Assembly: GCA_040954595.2 (NCBI GenBank)
Contig: CM082577.2
Location: 13,461,903-13,525,902 of the forward strand
DNA length: 64,000 bases
Source of the DNA: Balanoglossus misakiensis
Taxonomy: Eukaryota; Animalia; Hemichordata
Reading direction: 5' to 3'
Made by a program: the position numbers and the translations under genes. The notes beneath the pieces are model-generated. The model was not told the DNA's origin. It saw only the letters and a program-made list of their open reading frames with translations, and searched no databases. This document shows, in pieces, positions 12,443 to 25,350 of this stretch (its first letter is position 1; each line of letters begins with the position of its first letter).

Positions 12443-13519
12443 AAAAATCTCCACCTAAACCGTGCCCTGGGGGCTTTATAGGACATGATAGCGTGACGTC
12501 GCATTGTAATTAACGGACGATCTTGTCTGTGTTGGAAATCGGACTTCCGCTTCCTTCGAACAACAACAACAGAGACTGACGTCGCAACAATGACAGAAAA
12601 AGTGAAGCAAATGGCCGACAAAACGGAGAGTATCGATCGGAAAACGGGCAGGATCCTCGGCGCAGACGTCTGGTAATAATACCACCACATCAAATAGAAC
12701 GACGAGTAGTGCAGGACAAACCGCCACCAGTGACTATGACAACAAGTCTGAAGGCGATGCTGGCGAACCCTTGCACAATACAACTAGTCCTACAGAGAAA
12801 TGCAGCCCAGCGCCACTCAAGATTTTCCATTCCCGGTCTGGCAGCAGCAAAAATATGTTGTTGTTTTTTCTCCTAGAAGCGACCTCAGTCTGAGCTGCAT
12901 GAGAATAAACTGTAGGTTGGGAATACTTCGAATTTAGCGAGCTCAACAAAAAGACACGCAGTCGCTGCGGTCAACACGTAGCTATTAGTTTCGGTTTTAT
13001 GTTCGCTACAGCTCGGAAACCAAAATGTGGTACAACTTCATGATCAAGCTACATAAACTGGAAATCATAGTACGTGCAGAGCAGACCATAGTGACGAAAG
13101 CAGGTATTCTAGGTCGTAAGATAAAATCACGGCGCTAGAAAAACGGTCATCAAAAGTTGCACGTGTTCCCCGGCCACAAACAATGTAATTGTTGGCGCAC
13201 AGAAAGTCCAGTCGATAAACGTTTACGCTATAGAAACTCACTCTCTCAACAAGAACGAAAGTCTGACACCCTCGTCAATGACAAAACGCAAACCGAGCTG
13301 GGTATGATCCCGTCACATGAATCGTCCTCAAGTCAAACATGCGGCCAATCCCCACTCTGTGTTTTATTATTTTCCACATACGATGGTTCTAAATAAAAAT
13401 GTACTTATTTGAAATGCTTACCACAGTAAGATCATTGAAAGTTTTCAAACGTTGGTGACAAATGTATAACTGATTTTTTACAAATGAATAATCGCGCACT
13501 TGCATGTTATTTTCTCTAT

Positions 13520-13762
13520 ACCAGACACCGCGCGCGCGCCGTTGGCAAAAAAAACGCGGAAAGTATTGGGCATGCGCAGTCGATACTTCACATTGTGAAC
13601 AAGATGGCGTCGCTGTCTATGCTTCTGGACCGCTGTCGCCCAACTATGTCGGCAAAGAAGAGACGAATTAAACCATGCAACACCATATCGGAAGATGGAA
13701 TGGTCGCGAGATGAAACCGCGCTATCCAACGATTAGGCAGCCATGTTGACTGATTGGTAAGT
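13520..13762 (+). promoter_or_regulatory. CpG-rich promoter-like segment with possible first exon
   Basis: GCATGCGCA (NRF1-like) near 13570, CAAGATGGCG (YY1-like) near 13600, and a strong donor G|GTAAGT near 13756. No downstream coding exons found. Confidence 0.35.
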
Positions 13763-14481
13763 CGCCGAAGTAATTATTTGCCATTGATTTGTTTACCAGA
13801 AACGGTTTGCCTTTGGAACACATTTGACCTCACCGAAATTCAGAGGTTTTTCCCAAGAACTAATTACGTTCGTTTTCACCTTTCTGTCCCGAAGTTGCAA
13901 ACGTGTTGTCTCTGAGAAAATAAAGGTGATTTGTACCCGCGATAATCATAGTTCGGATTTCAACCCACAACATCAACGCCAGCCATTCACCAACATGTGG
14001 CAGATAATGTTTATCAGTCATTTCTTCTCAGTCTGAATTTACAAAAGACTAACTGTATTGTATGCACATGGCAATTTTAATATGTAACACGTTTGACCTG
14101 AGTGCGAGGATGGATAGAAGGGACACAAGCTTTTGTAGCCGCTTATATTTTGACACTGTTTATATCAATGTTGAGCTGGCATATTTGTTCCCTTATGATG
14201 TAGTGTACCTGTTGCATTGAAATGAAGCTGTAATATTACAGTGCAATCTAGTCCTTTGGGTTAATAGGAAAACGAGGTCAATAAATGACAGGTTCATTTA
14301 AATACAGGATATATTTCTCACAAGCACTTATGCATATGTATGAGATACTTATTTATTTTTAATGTATTTATTTATTTTTTATTTATTTTGTACGTTCAGG
14401 TAATCATATGGATTTGTATGGAATCACATACACATTAATTGAAGACTATCATATCACAGAAGTCGAGCCTCCACATGTGTA

Positions 14482-15290
14482 AGGTAACCATTTAGGTTTC
14501 ATGACTAAGTTTGTATAAGAATTCATAAAGCACGAATTCTACCCAATGAATGAATTTCCTTAGAATTTCACAACTGTGACAAAGTTTGCAGTTGTGCGAA
14601 AAAGTGTGTATTATTCACATAAGAATTTTTTCGTATGCATTTTTCTGATGGCAATGCATTTGACTGTAAACAAATATGGATGTCAGTTAGTAGTGCTATT
14701 TTGTCAGTGAAATGGCTTCATCATAATCCCTCCAACCAAAGTTGAAACAGAGTTGCAAATATTGCAGAGCTTGAAATCATAAAATGTTGCAAAATTGAAC
14801 CAACCGTTCGGTCAACGATTATGTTCTTACAGCTATTATTAGAACCGGACAGTCTCAGCAAACAAGAGACATGGGCCTGATTTGCAAGTCAAGTTAGAAC
14901 TGCCTTTGCCTGTCCACGGATGCCCCAGTTTCAGCAAAAATTATTGCATTAACATACGAGTATGGAGAACTATTCTCTGTGTTCCTTTTGTTAGCTTACA
15001 TAGCTGTTGTCATTCTAGTTTTTCCTCTGTCCTGTGAGCAGAGTTTCAGTTGAGAAAACCGACAGTTCTCAAAGTAGAAAAGTACACCTAAATTGCCTCG
15101 GTGATGAGCATAGAGAATTTATCTGATGCTTCTTACTGGCAGAAGGACCCCACCAGTTGCAGATTGTCAATTCCATGGCACAAGGGAATTTACACTTTGC
15201 GTTCAAATATAAATAATTAAATCCTGTAAAAATTCTTCAATATGATAATTATTGATGATTCAAAAGTGTTATGACTGATTGTGTTTGAGT
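14482..15290 (+). repeat. Left arm of an about 800-bp inverted duplication
   Basis: Reverse complement of 19470-20274, e.g. GCAGATTGTCAATTCCATGGCACAAGGGAATTTACACTTTGCGTTCAAATATAAATAATTAAATCCTG. Confidence 0.9.
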
Positions 15291-15439
15291 TCCTGTATTC
15301 CATATAAGCATGCTGTCAGTGCACATCTGATTGATAACAATTTCACATTTTTAAAAATTTTCATCTCTGAATAATTATGATCACATAAAACTTCATATGA
15401 TATAAATTGTCCTGGTATCGTAAACATTAAGGCCTCATG

Positions 15440-15520
15440 CTAGTGTCACAACATTGATTACCAGACCGTTTCCCTCTGGATGTATGTACATGTATGTATG
15501 TATGTATGTATGCATGTGTT

Positions 15521-15555
<35 letters not shown>

Positions 15556-16385
15556 GCATGTATATATGGATGTATGTCTGCCCTGATCAAAAACATGAAA
15601 ACCACTTCACGTATCACCTTGATATTTGGTGTGTAGATGGGATTTTGCTCAAATGAAGTTGTCATTGCCAAAATATGCAAATAACCTGTGAAATATGTGA
15701 AATTGATCAAAACTCAACAACTGGTTAGACTGCTTTGAACATTAGTATGCATGTAGGTAATGTCATCATACCTGATATACTTTGAGTTTATATCATGAAT
15801 TGTCTATTTTTTATGCAATTCTTTTGTCTTGTTTTACCATTTGAAAAAAAAATCTTTTCCTCTTAAAGAGATTGGCTGATTTCTTTAGAATTTAGTATGA
15901 CACTTCCGGTAGGTGATCTTAGTTGGTTTTGTTTAAATTGTCACAGAATTTGTAATCTGTCATTTTTGGTCAAAAATAATTTTCTCAGAAACTCCTCAGA
16001 TTGCTTTTAAATGTTGGTATGCTTGTTCCAAGAGGTAACCCAAGTAATGTTGTATATCATTTTGGTGAAATTTGCATATTTGTGGTCTTGAGGCAATTTT
16101 GCAATTTGTATTCTTTGAAACCGCTTGTCAGATTGCTTTCAACTTTGGTAGGCATTTGGTAGGCGTGGTGATTGAAGTAGATATTATACAATTTGTTGAT
16201 AGTTGGATAGATGTGGTTTGAGGCAGTTTTTGTCATTGTTGAATGTTGTTTTCCCTGAAATACTTGTCTGGTTCCTTTGAAATGTTGTTACAGTAGGTCA
16301 TATCTGCTTGCCAATGTCACATGATTTTTCCCATGAACACAGTCATACCTAATTTTGTGTAATCCCCAGATGGGACCACAGTGTG
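15440..16385 (+). mobile_element. Degenerate HINE-like element, same family as 22849-23452
   Basis: (GTAT)/(GT) microsatellite, then the shared core GTATCACCTTGATATTTG..AAATGAAGTTGTCATTGCCAAAA. Ends ATGGGACCACAGTG. Confidence 0.55.
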
Positions 16386-17069
16386 TAATAACCTGACCAA
16401 CAGTGACTAGTATATCCTGTGTGTTATACAGTACTTCTCACAAGGTTGAAGTACATGTATGTTGATGATTTTTTGCGATTCTTCAGAAACTTATAATACA
16501 GAGTCTAATGTGGTAAAGTCCATGGTCACATTCAGAACTACCTAGTCTATGCCCGGCAGTGTTCTGTCCGCTTTGCTTCCAAAGCTAATGTCTGGCCTCA
16601 CTCATGCCACTTGCCCAATAAACTAATACCCCTTGCTGGGAATTATGATGTAACTAGCGTCCCTTTGAAGCCTATCACATATACTGAACAGTGTTGATTT
16701 GGTGTAAGATTATAGTGAAGGCAGGGCTTATTACATTGAAAATGCTACCCAACCTTAATTACACGTATGTATATCCTTTGTCTAATCATTGGAAAAACAA
16801 TGTACATGTACCAAAGACTAAGTAGCTATTTGAAGGTGAATCGCAAGTGGGCACTTTCTTTACTTAACCTCAAGCAGTCGGTTAGCTACCGTATACTAAG
16901 ACAAACATTCCTGGTGTAATTAACATCACTGTCGTTAGTAATATCTATCTCCAATCAGTATCAGTTCTGCCTTTATGTTATTTTAAGTCAAGTGTCAAGG
17001 TTCATGTACATATATTACAGCTTAACTGTCTTGTCAAAAACTTACGCATGTACATATACCTAATTCTAG

Positions 17070-18276
17070 GCTTACCTGTAGGGTTAGAGATACAGTGTTT
17101 TATATTAATATGCATTAATATGAAACTAAAATTTGATGGTTAATTTAAGACCCCCCTGAGCAATGGTAACCTCGTTAAATATGTGCATATCTAATTCTAG
17201 GCTATTCAGCTGAAGTAGAAACCTGGCCATGGACAACTTCGGGGTCAAAATCTTTTGACAAACTTTTGGGTGATCTTGGGTAAACTTTGACCTACATTCC
17301 TATATCTTGGCATCCGGAGCAGATACAACCTTGACACTTGGAGTGATGGAACTATTTGATTGAGTATTATGTCTTGCCTCATTAATTATGTACTTACCTA
17401 ATACCAGCCTAACCAATAGGGCTGGAAGTCTGGCTTTTTTGGACATGATAAATTTGATATCAACATTTTTCTACAGCAGCCAGCCTTCTCTTAAAAAGAA
17501 TGGACAATATAAAGGCTTTGATGGTATACTGAACTTTTGACTTCCCTCCCTGAGACTGTGTGCCAATGACGGGATAGCCTACTCAGCGTTGGGTAGATCC
17601 TAAGAAGGCCTCAGCCAGGCATCAAAAACAAAAAGCGGAAATCCAAGCTTTAATGGTGGGTTACATCGTTAACTTCCCTGCAGAGCTGATTTCTCAGACT
17701 GTGAGCCAATGACGGGTAAAGCCCCTAGGTAGGGGCCACCTAAGACAGGCCGGTCATGCTTTAATCACAAAGAAGGGCAAGTTCAGTCATACCACAACTT
17801 TGTCTGCTGTATATGCTTCATAATGATTGCATGGTATTTTCAGAATACATTGTGTTAAGGCAGTGTGACCAGCTAAAAAGTACTGGCAAACACAGCCAAT
17901 GTGTAATGAAAAACATCTAATTTGGCTGAATAAAAGACATAAAACACAGCAAAAGCACTGTGACTAGCTGAGACATAATACTCCATTATGCAGTTCCATC
18001 ACTCCAAGTGTCAAGGATGTATCTGCTCTGGATGCCAAGATATAGTAATGTAGGTCAAAGTTTACCCAAGATCACCCAACATTTTGTCAAAAGATTTTGA
18101 CCCCAAAGTTGTCCATGTCCAGGTTTCTACCGCAACTGGATAGCCTAGAATTAGATATGGACATATTTAATGAGGTTACCATGGATCAAGGCAGTCCTAA
18201 GTAAACCATCAAATTTTTAGTTTCATGTTAATTCATGTTAATATAAAACGCTGTATCTCTAACCCACTGGTATGCC
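17070..18276. repeat. Inner inverted repeat with about 285-bp arms (17070-17353 / 17992-18276) built from the HINE subrepeat
   Basis: CTTGACACTTGGAGTGATGGAACT vs AGTTCCATCACTCCAAGTGTCAAG, and GGGTTAGAGATACAG vs CTGTATCTCTAACCC. Confidence 0.85.
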
Positions 18277-19469
18277 ATTCTGTGTTTCATGGTACCCAAT
18301 ATGGGTAAGTAGGTAAAAAGTCACCTTAGGCCATTTGAAATTTTGCTGAAAAAATCTCGTCTCTTACATATGTACATTTGGTAAAAGGTAAATTTTAATC
18401 ACAGAGTTGAACATATTCATAAAAAATATTTGAGGGAAAGAAGGAAGTTTTTCATAGCTTTGGTGCTTCAAATAGTAGAGAGGTTCCCTTGTTATCCTTA
18501 GACTCAAACTCAGAGTTGCCAATCTTTCATTATTTTCATGATATTACTTTCCATCTTAGATTTGTTCATCTAAACAAACTGACTGATAGGTATACATGAA
18601 CATTTTATTGACCAATGAATGTGCCTGTATGTTGCAATTTAAAGAAGTCAGATGTACACATCGCAGAGAGATGACAAACCCCATGCAAATTCAAGTAATA
18701 TGGCTCAATGGTGCTGATTTTAAAGGATAGGGAGATGATTTGAAAAGTGTTATTGTGGAAAAAGATGTGTAAAATTTGGCAGCTTGTGAGGCTTTAATTG
18801 TAAAATCTTTGAAATGTGTTTTACTCTTTACGTCCAATTTTGTATATGTCAATATACCATTGGAACCAATGTGAAATTGTTCTAAACTCAGAAACTCAAG
18901 AAGGTACTGGTCAGATTGCTTTAGAAATTGGTGTGTATTTATGTTATTGAGACTTTATACAGATTTTGTTTTTCATTTTTGAAGTATATTTTTGGGGTGA
19001 TTTTGGTCGTCATTACTCAGAAACCTTTACCCACATTTTTTTTAAAATTTGGTTTGCATGTTCTTAGGTGTGATTTTATGACAAACCCAGTGATGGAAGT
19101 GACAATATTGTTTTTTGTTGTTGGCAATTTTTGCCATTTTTGTCTGATTGCTTTGCAATTTAGTTTGCCGTTTCTAGGGAATCCTTACTGTGATGCACAA
19201 AATTCACAAAGGTGATTTACTATCCTCATGCGCTTTGTTGAACTGGCACACTGTTGCAAAACAGACATTACAAAACTCTTTGAATTGAATTCATAGCTAC
19301 CAATTTTTCGGGGGTGTAGCACCTTTTTATGTCTAAAACTTTGAGAACTTCAAATTAAATGCAACCCTCCAAATATTTGCAATATTTCAGGTAAAATGAT
19401 ATAATTTTGAAGCATAAATTTTGAAGTATTCATAATCATTAAGAGAAACACATTTTGAAAATAGAATAT

Positions 19470-20274
19470 TGATCACACTATCAGTCATAATACTTTTGAA
19501 TCTTCTCTAAAGAATATATAGAAGAATTTAACAGGATTTAATTATTTATATTTGAACGCAAAGTGTAAATTCCCTTGTGCCATGGAATTGACAATCTGCA
19601 ACTGGTAGGGGTCCTTCTGCCAGTAAGAAGCATCAGATAAATTCTGCATGCTCATCACCAAGGCAATTTAGGTGTACATTTGTGCTTTGAGAACTGTCGG
19701 TTTACGCAACTGAAACTCTGCTCACAGGACAGAGGAAAAACTAGAATGACTACAGCTATGTAAGCTAACAAAAGGAACACAGAGAATAGTTCTCCATACT
19801 CATATTTTAATGCAATAATTTTTGCTGAAACTGGGGCATCCATGGGCAGACAAAGGCAGTTCTAACTCTACTTGCAAATCAGGCCCATGTCTCTTGTTCG
19901 CTGAGACTGTCTGGTTCTAATAATAGCTGTAAGAACTTGATCATTGACCAAACTGTTGGTTCAATTTTTGCAACATTTTATTATTTCAAGCTGTGCAATA
20001 TTTGCAACTCTGTTTCAACTTTGGTTGGAGGGATTATGATGTAGTCATTTCACTGACAAAATAGCACTACTAACTGACATCCATATTTGTTCAAAGTCAA
20101 ACGCATTGCCATCATAAAAATACATGTGAGAAATTTCTTATGTGAATAATACACACTTTTGTGCATGACTGCAAACTCTGTTACAGTTGTGAAAATGTAA
20201 GGAAATTAATTCATTGGGTAGAATTCATGTTTTTGGATTCTTAAACAACCAGTCACAAAAGCTAAGTGGTTACC
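19470..20274 (-). repeat. Right arm of the about 800-bp inverted duplication
   Basis: Reverse complement of 14482-15290 with scattered substitutions. A third partial copy lies at about 23740-23828. Confidence 0.9.
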
Positions 20275-20529
20275 TCAGAGAAACTGTGTTAAATTTGGTC
20301 ATCAATTGCTTTAAATCACACAAGACATTCCCAGAGCTAAAGTTACTGCAGCAGTCAGTTTCAACTCAGCTTGCAAATTGGGATCATGTCTTGTGTTCAT
20401 CGAGACTGTCTGTAGTCGAGTTGACAGTCCTATGGGGTCAATGATGAACCTACAAATGTTCTTTCCAATGAAATTGTTATAAATCTAATATTCAGGATTT
20501 GCATTCATACCTTAAACAATATAACTGTA

Positions 20530-21500
20530 TTGCAAATATGGCAACTCTTCTAAGTTGCATTGGAACACCTTCTCGCCACTGTTTGTGCAAAAATGGTGAA
20601 TAAGCTTTCATTTTCAAGCCTTAACATAGGCACCCAAAAAAAGACAACAGCATTGCAAATATGGCATTTTGTTCAACTCTTCTCATTTGCATAGTCCAAA
20701 ATGGCCGCCAAACTCCTCTAACATGTAAATTTCCTATGATCGTCTTAAATAGTGTGTAATATCGCATTTGCAGGGTTTTCATCAATATGGGTACCTGAAA
20801 CAATTTCAACGTGGTTGACATGGCAATATTAGACAGCTGTTCTAATTTGCCTAATCCAAAATGGCCGCCAAACTCTTCTTAAATGTAAATTTCCCAGGTT
20901 TGTCTTAAATGGTGCCTAACATCGCATTTGCAGGGTTTTCATCAATATGGGTAACTAAAACAATTTCAGCGTGGTTGACATGGCAATATTAGACAACTGT
21001 TCTAATTTGCATAATCTAAAATGGCCGACAAACTTCTCTAACACGTAAATTTACTATGGTTGTCTTTAATAGTGTGTAATATCGCATTTGCAGGGTTTTC
21101 ATCAATATGGGTACCTGAAACAATTTCAACGTGGTTGACATGGCAATATTAGACAGCTGTTCTAATTTGCATAATCCAAAATGGCCACCAAACTCTTATT
21201 AAATGTAAATTTCCCTGGTTTTGTCTTATATGGTGCCTAAAATCGCATTTGCAGGGTTTTCATCAATATGGGTAACTAAAACAATTTCAGCGTGGTTGAC
21301 ATGGCAATATTAGACAACTGTTCTAATTTGCATAATCTAAAATGGCCGACAAACTTCTCTAACATGTAAATTTCCCTGGTTTGTCTTATATGGTGTGTAA
21401 TATCGCATTTTCACGGTTTTCATTAATATGGGTACCTAAAACAATTTCAATGTGGTTGACATGGCAATATTAGGCAACTCTTCTAATTTGCATAATTCAA
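20530..21500 (+). repeat. 160-bp tandem satellite, about 5-6 units, with a dimeric higher-order pattern
   Basis: GCAGGGTTTTCATCAATATGGG at about 20770, 20930, 21090 and 21251, with a variant at 21411. Confidence 0.9.
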
Positions 21501-22489
21501 ACACCTGCTGGATAATTTAATTTTTGCCCTTCTTGCCCCATGATTATATGTGTAATATCTCATTTTCAATGTGTTTACATGTATATATGCAGAATCCATT
21601 TCAAACTAAGTGCGCATATTGTAGCGCCAATCTTATTTCTTAATCCGCACCACAGAACTGATGCAAGGTTTAGGACTGGAAATGTATGTGGCCACTGGTC
21701 GACACCCCGGGCGAGAGGACTCCAATTATTTTCAGCACGTAGTGTGCCTCCCGGTTGATAACATCAATATGTGTAAATGCCAAAAACCCCACCTATTGTA
21801 TTACCAGTCAAATTTTCTTTGTCATTTACCATTTTTCTCTTGCATATGAAGGTTTTTCTTAAAGAGTACATACCCATATACATTTGTATGGGAGCACACA
21901 TCCCCACCCCCTGCCAACAATAATTGGACAACTTTATTCTTCTTATACTTCTTTATAAGTCTAAACATTCATATAGAGAAGGCAACATGTTCTTGAAGCT
22001 GTTGACTATGGAAATATGATGAAGTACATTTTCCTAGTTGTACATGTACAGTATAAAAGGCCCAATGTTCCAATGGAGATGTGTGCCTTACAGTCAACAT
22101 AGGCTATACGCCAAGCCTTGTCTGTTGGCACTTTGAAGGGTATTGGAAGAGTGTCTCTGCTGGCCACTTTGGCCAGCAGACTATCATAAGGGTACAGAAA
22201 ATAGCCCTAAAAGTGCATGAACGGATTGTAGCCTGTATGGATGATATGTACTCTAGCGCTTCATGATTAGTACAGTAAACTTGGGTTAACATTTGAGTAA
22301 ATACTTCTGATATTCTGACTCAGTTAAAACTGAATATGTCTAACAGAAATTATTACTTGAATTTAATTACAAATACAATTCCCTTTTTCATGCTATGAAC
22401 AGTTATCATGCATAAAATGTTGAACATTTTGTTCCAGTTATATTCACACGACCTGATATTTGGCGCATTTCTTTACCTGTTTAAATAGC

Positions 22490-23690
22490 ATTAGAAATGA
22501 ATTTTATTCATGAAAACCCTGAAAATTATGCAAATTAGGAGAGTGGGAAAATATGCCACATTTGCAATGCAGTAGTAATGTTTTGGGTGCCCATATGAAC
22601 GTAATCTTGAAAACAAAAGATTATTCACTATTTTGACACAAACATTGCAAAATTTAATTTTGGAGAAGATGTTCCGCAGCCATTTTCGATTATGCAAATT
22701 AGAAGATTTCCCTAACACAGCCATATATGAAATACAGTTGTATATTGTTTAAGGTACCCATATGAATACAAATCCTGAAAATGCGATATGACACACCATT
22801 TTGGGAAACATGACAAAATTTCACTCTTAGTGGTGATTGCCAGGCATTTTTAGGTCCCATTGGTATAGGCATATATACCATTGGACCTTATGGGATCGGT
22901 TGCGTCTGTATGTATGTATGGATGGATGGATGTATGTATGTATGTCCATATGTCCGTCCACATCAAAAACTTGAAAACCGCTGCATGTATCACCTTGATA
23001 TTTGTGTGCAGATGCACCCTGGGCTGTAGATGTGAGTTTGTTGAAATGAAGTTGTCATTGCCAAAAAATGTGCAAATTAGCTGGAAAAATGTGAATTTGG
23101 TCAAAACTCCGTAACTCAAGAACTACTGGTCAGCTTGCTTTGCAAAGTGATGTGTATTTACTTTATTGAGTTGTTTTAATTAGGCAGGAACCCCCTCCTG
23201 TGGTTTATATACACAGCAAATTCCTGCATGATTACATACCTGGCTAAGTTTTAAAGAAGCCAGCTGTTCTATTTAGTGTATGTACGGTACATATGCCATT
23301 GGCAGCTTATGGATCAGTCAGTGTTTGCCCATTGATCTCTCGCTATGTGTGTGTGTCTGTCTGTCTGTCTGTCTGTATATGGCCATGTACTCTGGTGTAG
23401 ACTTTTTCTTGTGTAATCACTCAATGGGACCACCGTGTCCTTGACGCAATTTTTAATTATTCAAATTAGAAAAGTTGCCAAACACTGCCATATTTGCAAT
23501 ACATAACGAATATGGATGAAAATCCTGAAATATTACATATAATTTTGAGAAAAAAGGGCACCATTTTATTTTCGAGAAGGTATTTGGCGGCCATTTTTGA
23601 TTATACATATTAGAAGAATTGCCCAACATTGCCATTTTGGCAACTAAGCTGGAATAGGTCTAGGCTCCCATATGAATGCAAATAAGCAAA
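22490..23690 (-). repeat. Diverged, inverted copies of the 160-bp satellite, interrupted by a HINE
   Basis: GCCATTTT.GATTATGCAAATTAGAA..GGTACCCATAT..CCTGAAAATGCGATAT is the reverse complement of the 20530-21500 unit. The unit resumes after 23452. Confidence 0.65.
22849..23452 (+). mobile_element. Complete-ended HINE/Helentron-type non-autonomous element (GGTCCCAT end family)
   Basis: 5' hairpin AGGTCCCATTGGTATA-GGCATA-TATACCATTGGACCT, (GTAT)/(GGAT) microsatellite, 3' sub-TIR ATGGGACC and stem-loop GTGTC-CTT-GACGC. Both ends sit in T-runs with no TSD. Confidence 0.75.
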
Positions 23691-23883
23691 AATACTTCTT
23701 AGGAAAGAACATTTCTAGGTTGGAAAATTTTGACTCAACCTCTGGTTCTAATAATAGGTGTAAGGATGTGATTGTTCACTGGTAGACCATTCGTTTGATT
23801 TTGCAACATTTTACAATTTCAAGCTGTGTGTATTTAACTATGATGCAATTGGTGTTGTGGGGACAGATGGCTTAAGCCTTTAG

Positions 23884-24269
23884 TAGTCTGGTTCCCTGCC
23901 CCAATCCCACTGCTGGCTGCGCTACACTAAAGGGAAAGGGGTCAGGTACGCCCGATTTCATGCCCAGAAACCTGGGAAGACCACATGATCATAAACAAGA
24001 TGGATGCCTCCAATGTCCGTACGCCAGTCAAGATTCATCCACGCAGTTTATTTTGTTTCGTTTGTTGTAAAGTTGGAAATCGAATGATAAACATTCATGG
24101 AGGTGAAGGAGAGAACGGGAAATGAGTATCTTTCAACTACTTATCAACTTACAAACTTAATGTTCGTATGTATTGACCAATGAGAGCCATGTTTACAATA
24201 GGCCGTGCCTGACCCTTTCCCTTTAGCGTAGCGCAGCCAGCGGTGGGATTGGGGCAGGGAACCAGACTA
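23884..24269. mobile_element. MITE with about 65-bp TIRs and a 10-bp TSD (AcademH-like)
   Basis: TAGTCTGGTTCCCTGCCCCAATCCCAC... / ...GTGGGATTGGGGCAGGGAACCAGACTA. Flanks AAGCCTTTAG (23874-23883) and AAGCCATTAG (24270-24279). Confidence 0.75.
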
Positions 24270-24463
24270 AAGCCATTAGCACAACACATGATGCAGTACC
24301 TTTGACATTGCAGCCAGCGGTGGGATTGGGGCAGGGAACCAGACTAAAGCCATTAGCACAACACATGATGCAGTACCTTTGACATTGCAGCCAGCGGTGG
24401 GATTGGGGCAGGGAACCAGACTAAAGCCATTAGCACAACACATGATGGCAGTACCTTTGACAA
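24233..24463. repeat. 3 x 77-bp tandem repeat spanning the MITE right TIR and its flank
   Basis: GCAGCCAGCGGTGGGATTGG starts at 24233, 24310 and 24387. Confidence 0.9.
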
Positions 24464-24668
24464 TGCTTTGAACAATGTTGCGAAAAGCTTTCTTATACTT
24501 AGTCTTAGTTGAATCTCAGCTGTAACTACCTTTGTGAAAGCTTAACATTCAAATCTTTGGCCAAGGTTAGGGTTCCAAACTTCATCAAAGTTTGGTGAAA
24601 AACTTCAACAATGCTTTTCTATACAAACATATAGGCTGAAATTGTTGAAGCTTTGTCAAAGGTGTTTA

Positions 24669-25350
24669 TTTGGGGCCCAAGCCCCCTATGGGCGGGGCCC
24701 CTATTGTTATTTTTACTGACATTTTTCTTCTTGTGTCGTTTCATTGGCCACTAGGATCTCGAAAACAGCAGAACCAACAATTCTCAAACTTGCATATTGA
24801 TGGAGGCCTATGAGATCTGGTGCAGTCCTTTGTGAATATTTAATTAGCCACGTGGCATGGCAGCCACATTTGATTGAAATATTTGAATGGCTCTCATTTG
24901 CATAAAATATAACGAACCACAAGTATTTTTAGATGCTTTGTGGCCCATATTGCAAGGGTCATACATGCCAAATTTCAGGGTCGTGTGGTATGCTGATTTT
25001 GAGAAGAAGATTTTTAATCATTATTTTTCATAATTTTCCATTGACCATGGGGGTCTGGACCATGGCATAGGCTTTACTATACCTGTATAGTAAGCTGTGA
25101 CAACATCGTATTGAAGCATGAAGGACTCAATGTACTAGTATAAAACTTGGCACAGTGGACGGGGCCAATGAGTGGACATGTACCTAACCCGTGAATAGAT
25201 AATTAGTCACGTGATAAGATGACAATATAAGGGCAAAATTTACAAATAAGGTATGACAACAGCGTATTCAAGCATGAAGTACTCAATGTACAAATCTCAA
25301 ACTAGCAATTGCTCAGGTGGGGCCAAAACACAGTCGGTGTCACTTGATGG
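24669..25350 (+). mobile_element. HINE-like element (GGGCCCAAGC end family); 3' boundary uncertain
   Basis: Starts TTGGGGCCCAAGCCCCCTATGGGCGGGGCCCCTATTG, followed by a TTC tract and family motifs (CCAAATTTCA..TTTTGAGAAGAAGATTTT). Confidence 0.55.

Noticed and set aside
12232-12783. 183-aa minus-strand ORF with a hydrophobic stretch
   Set aside because: About half is the palindromic minisatellite. No recognisable domain or splice structure.
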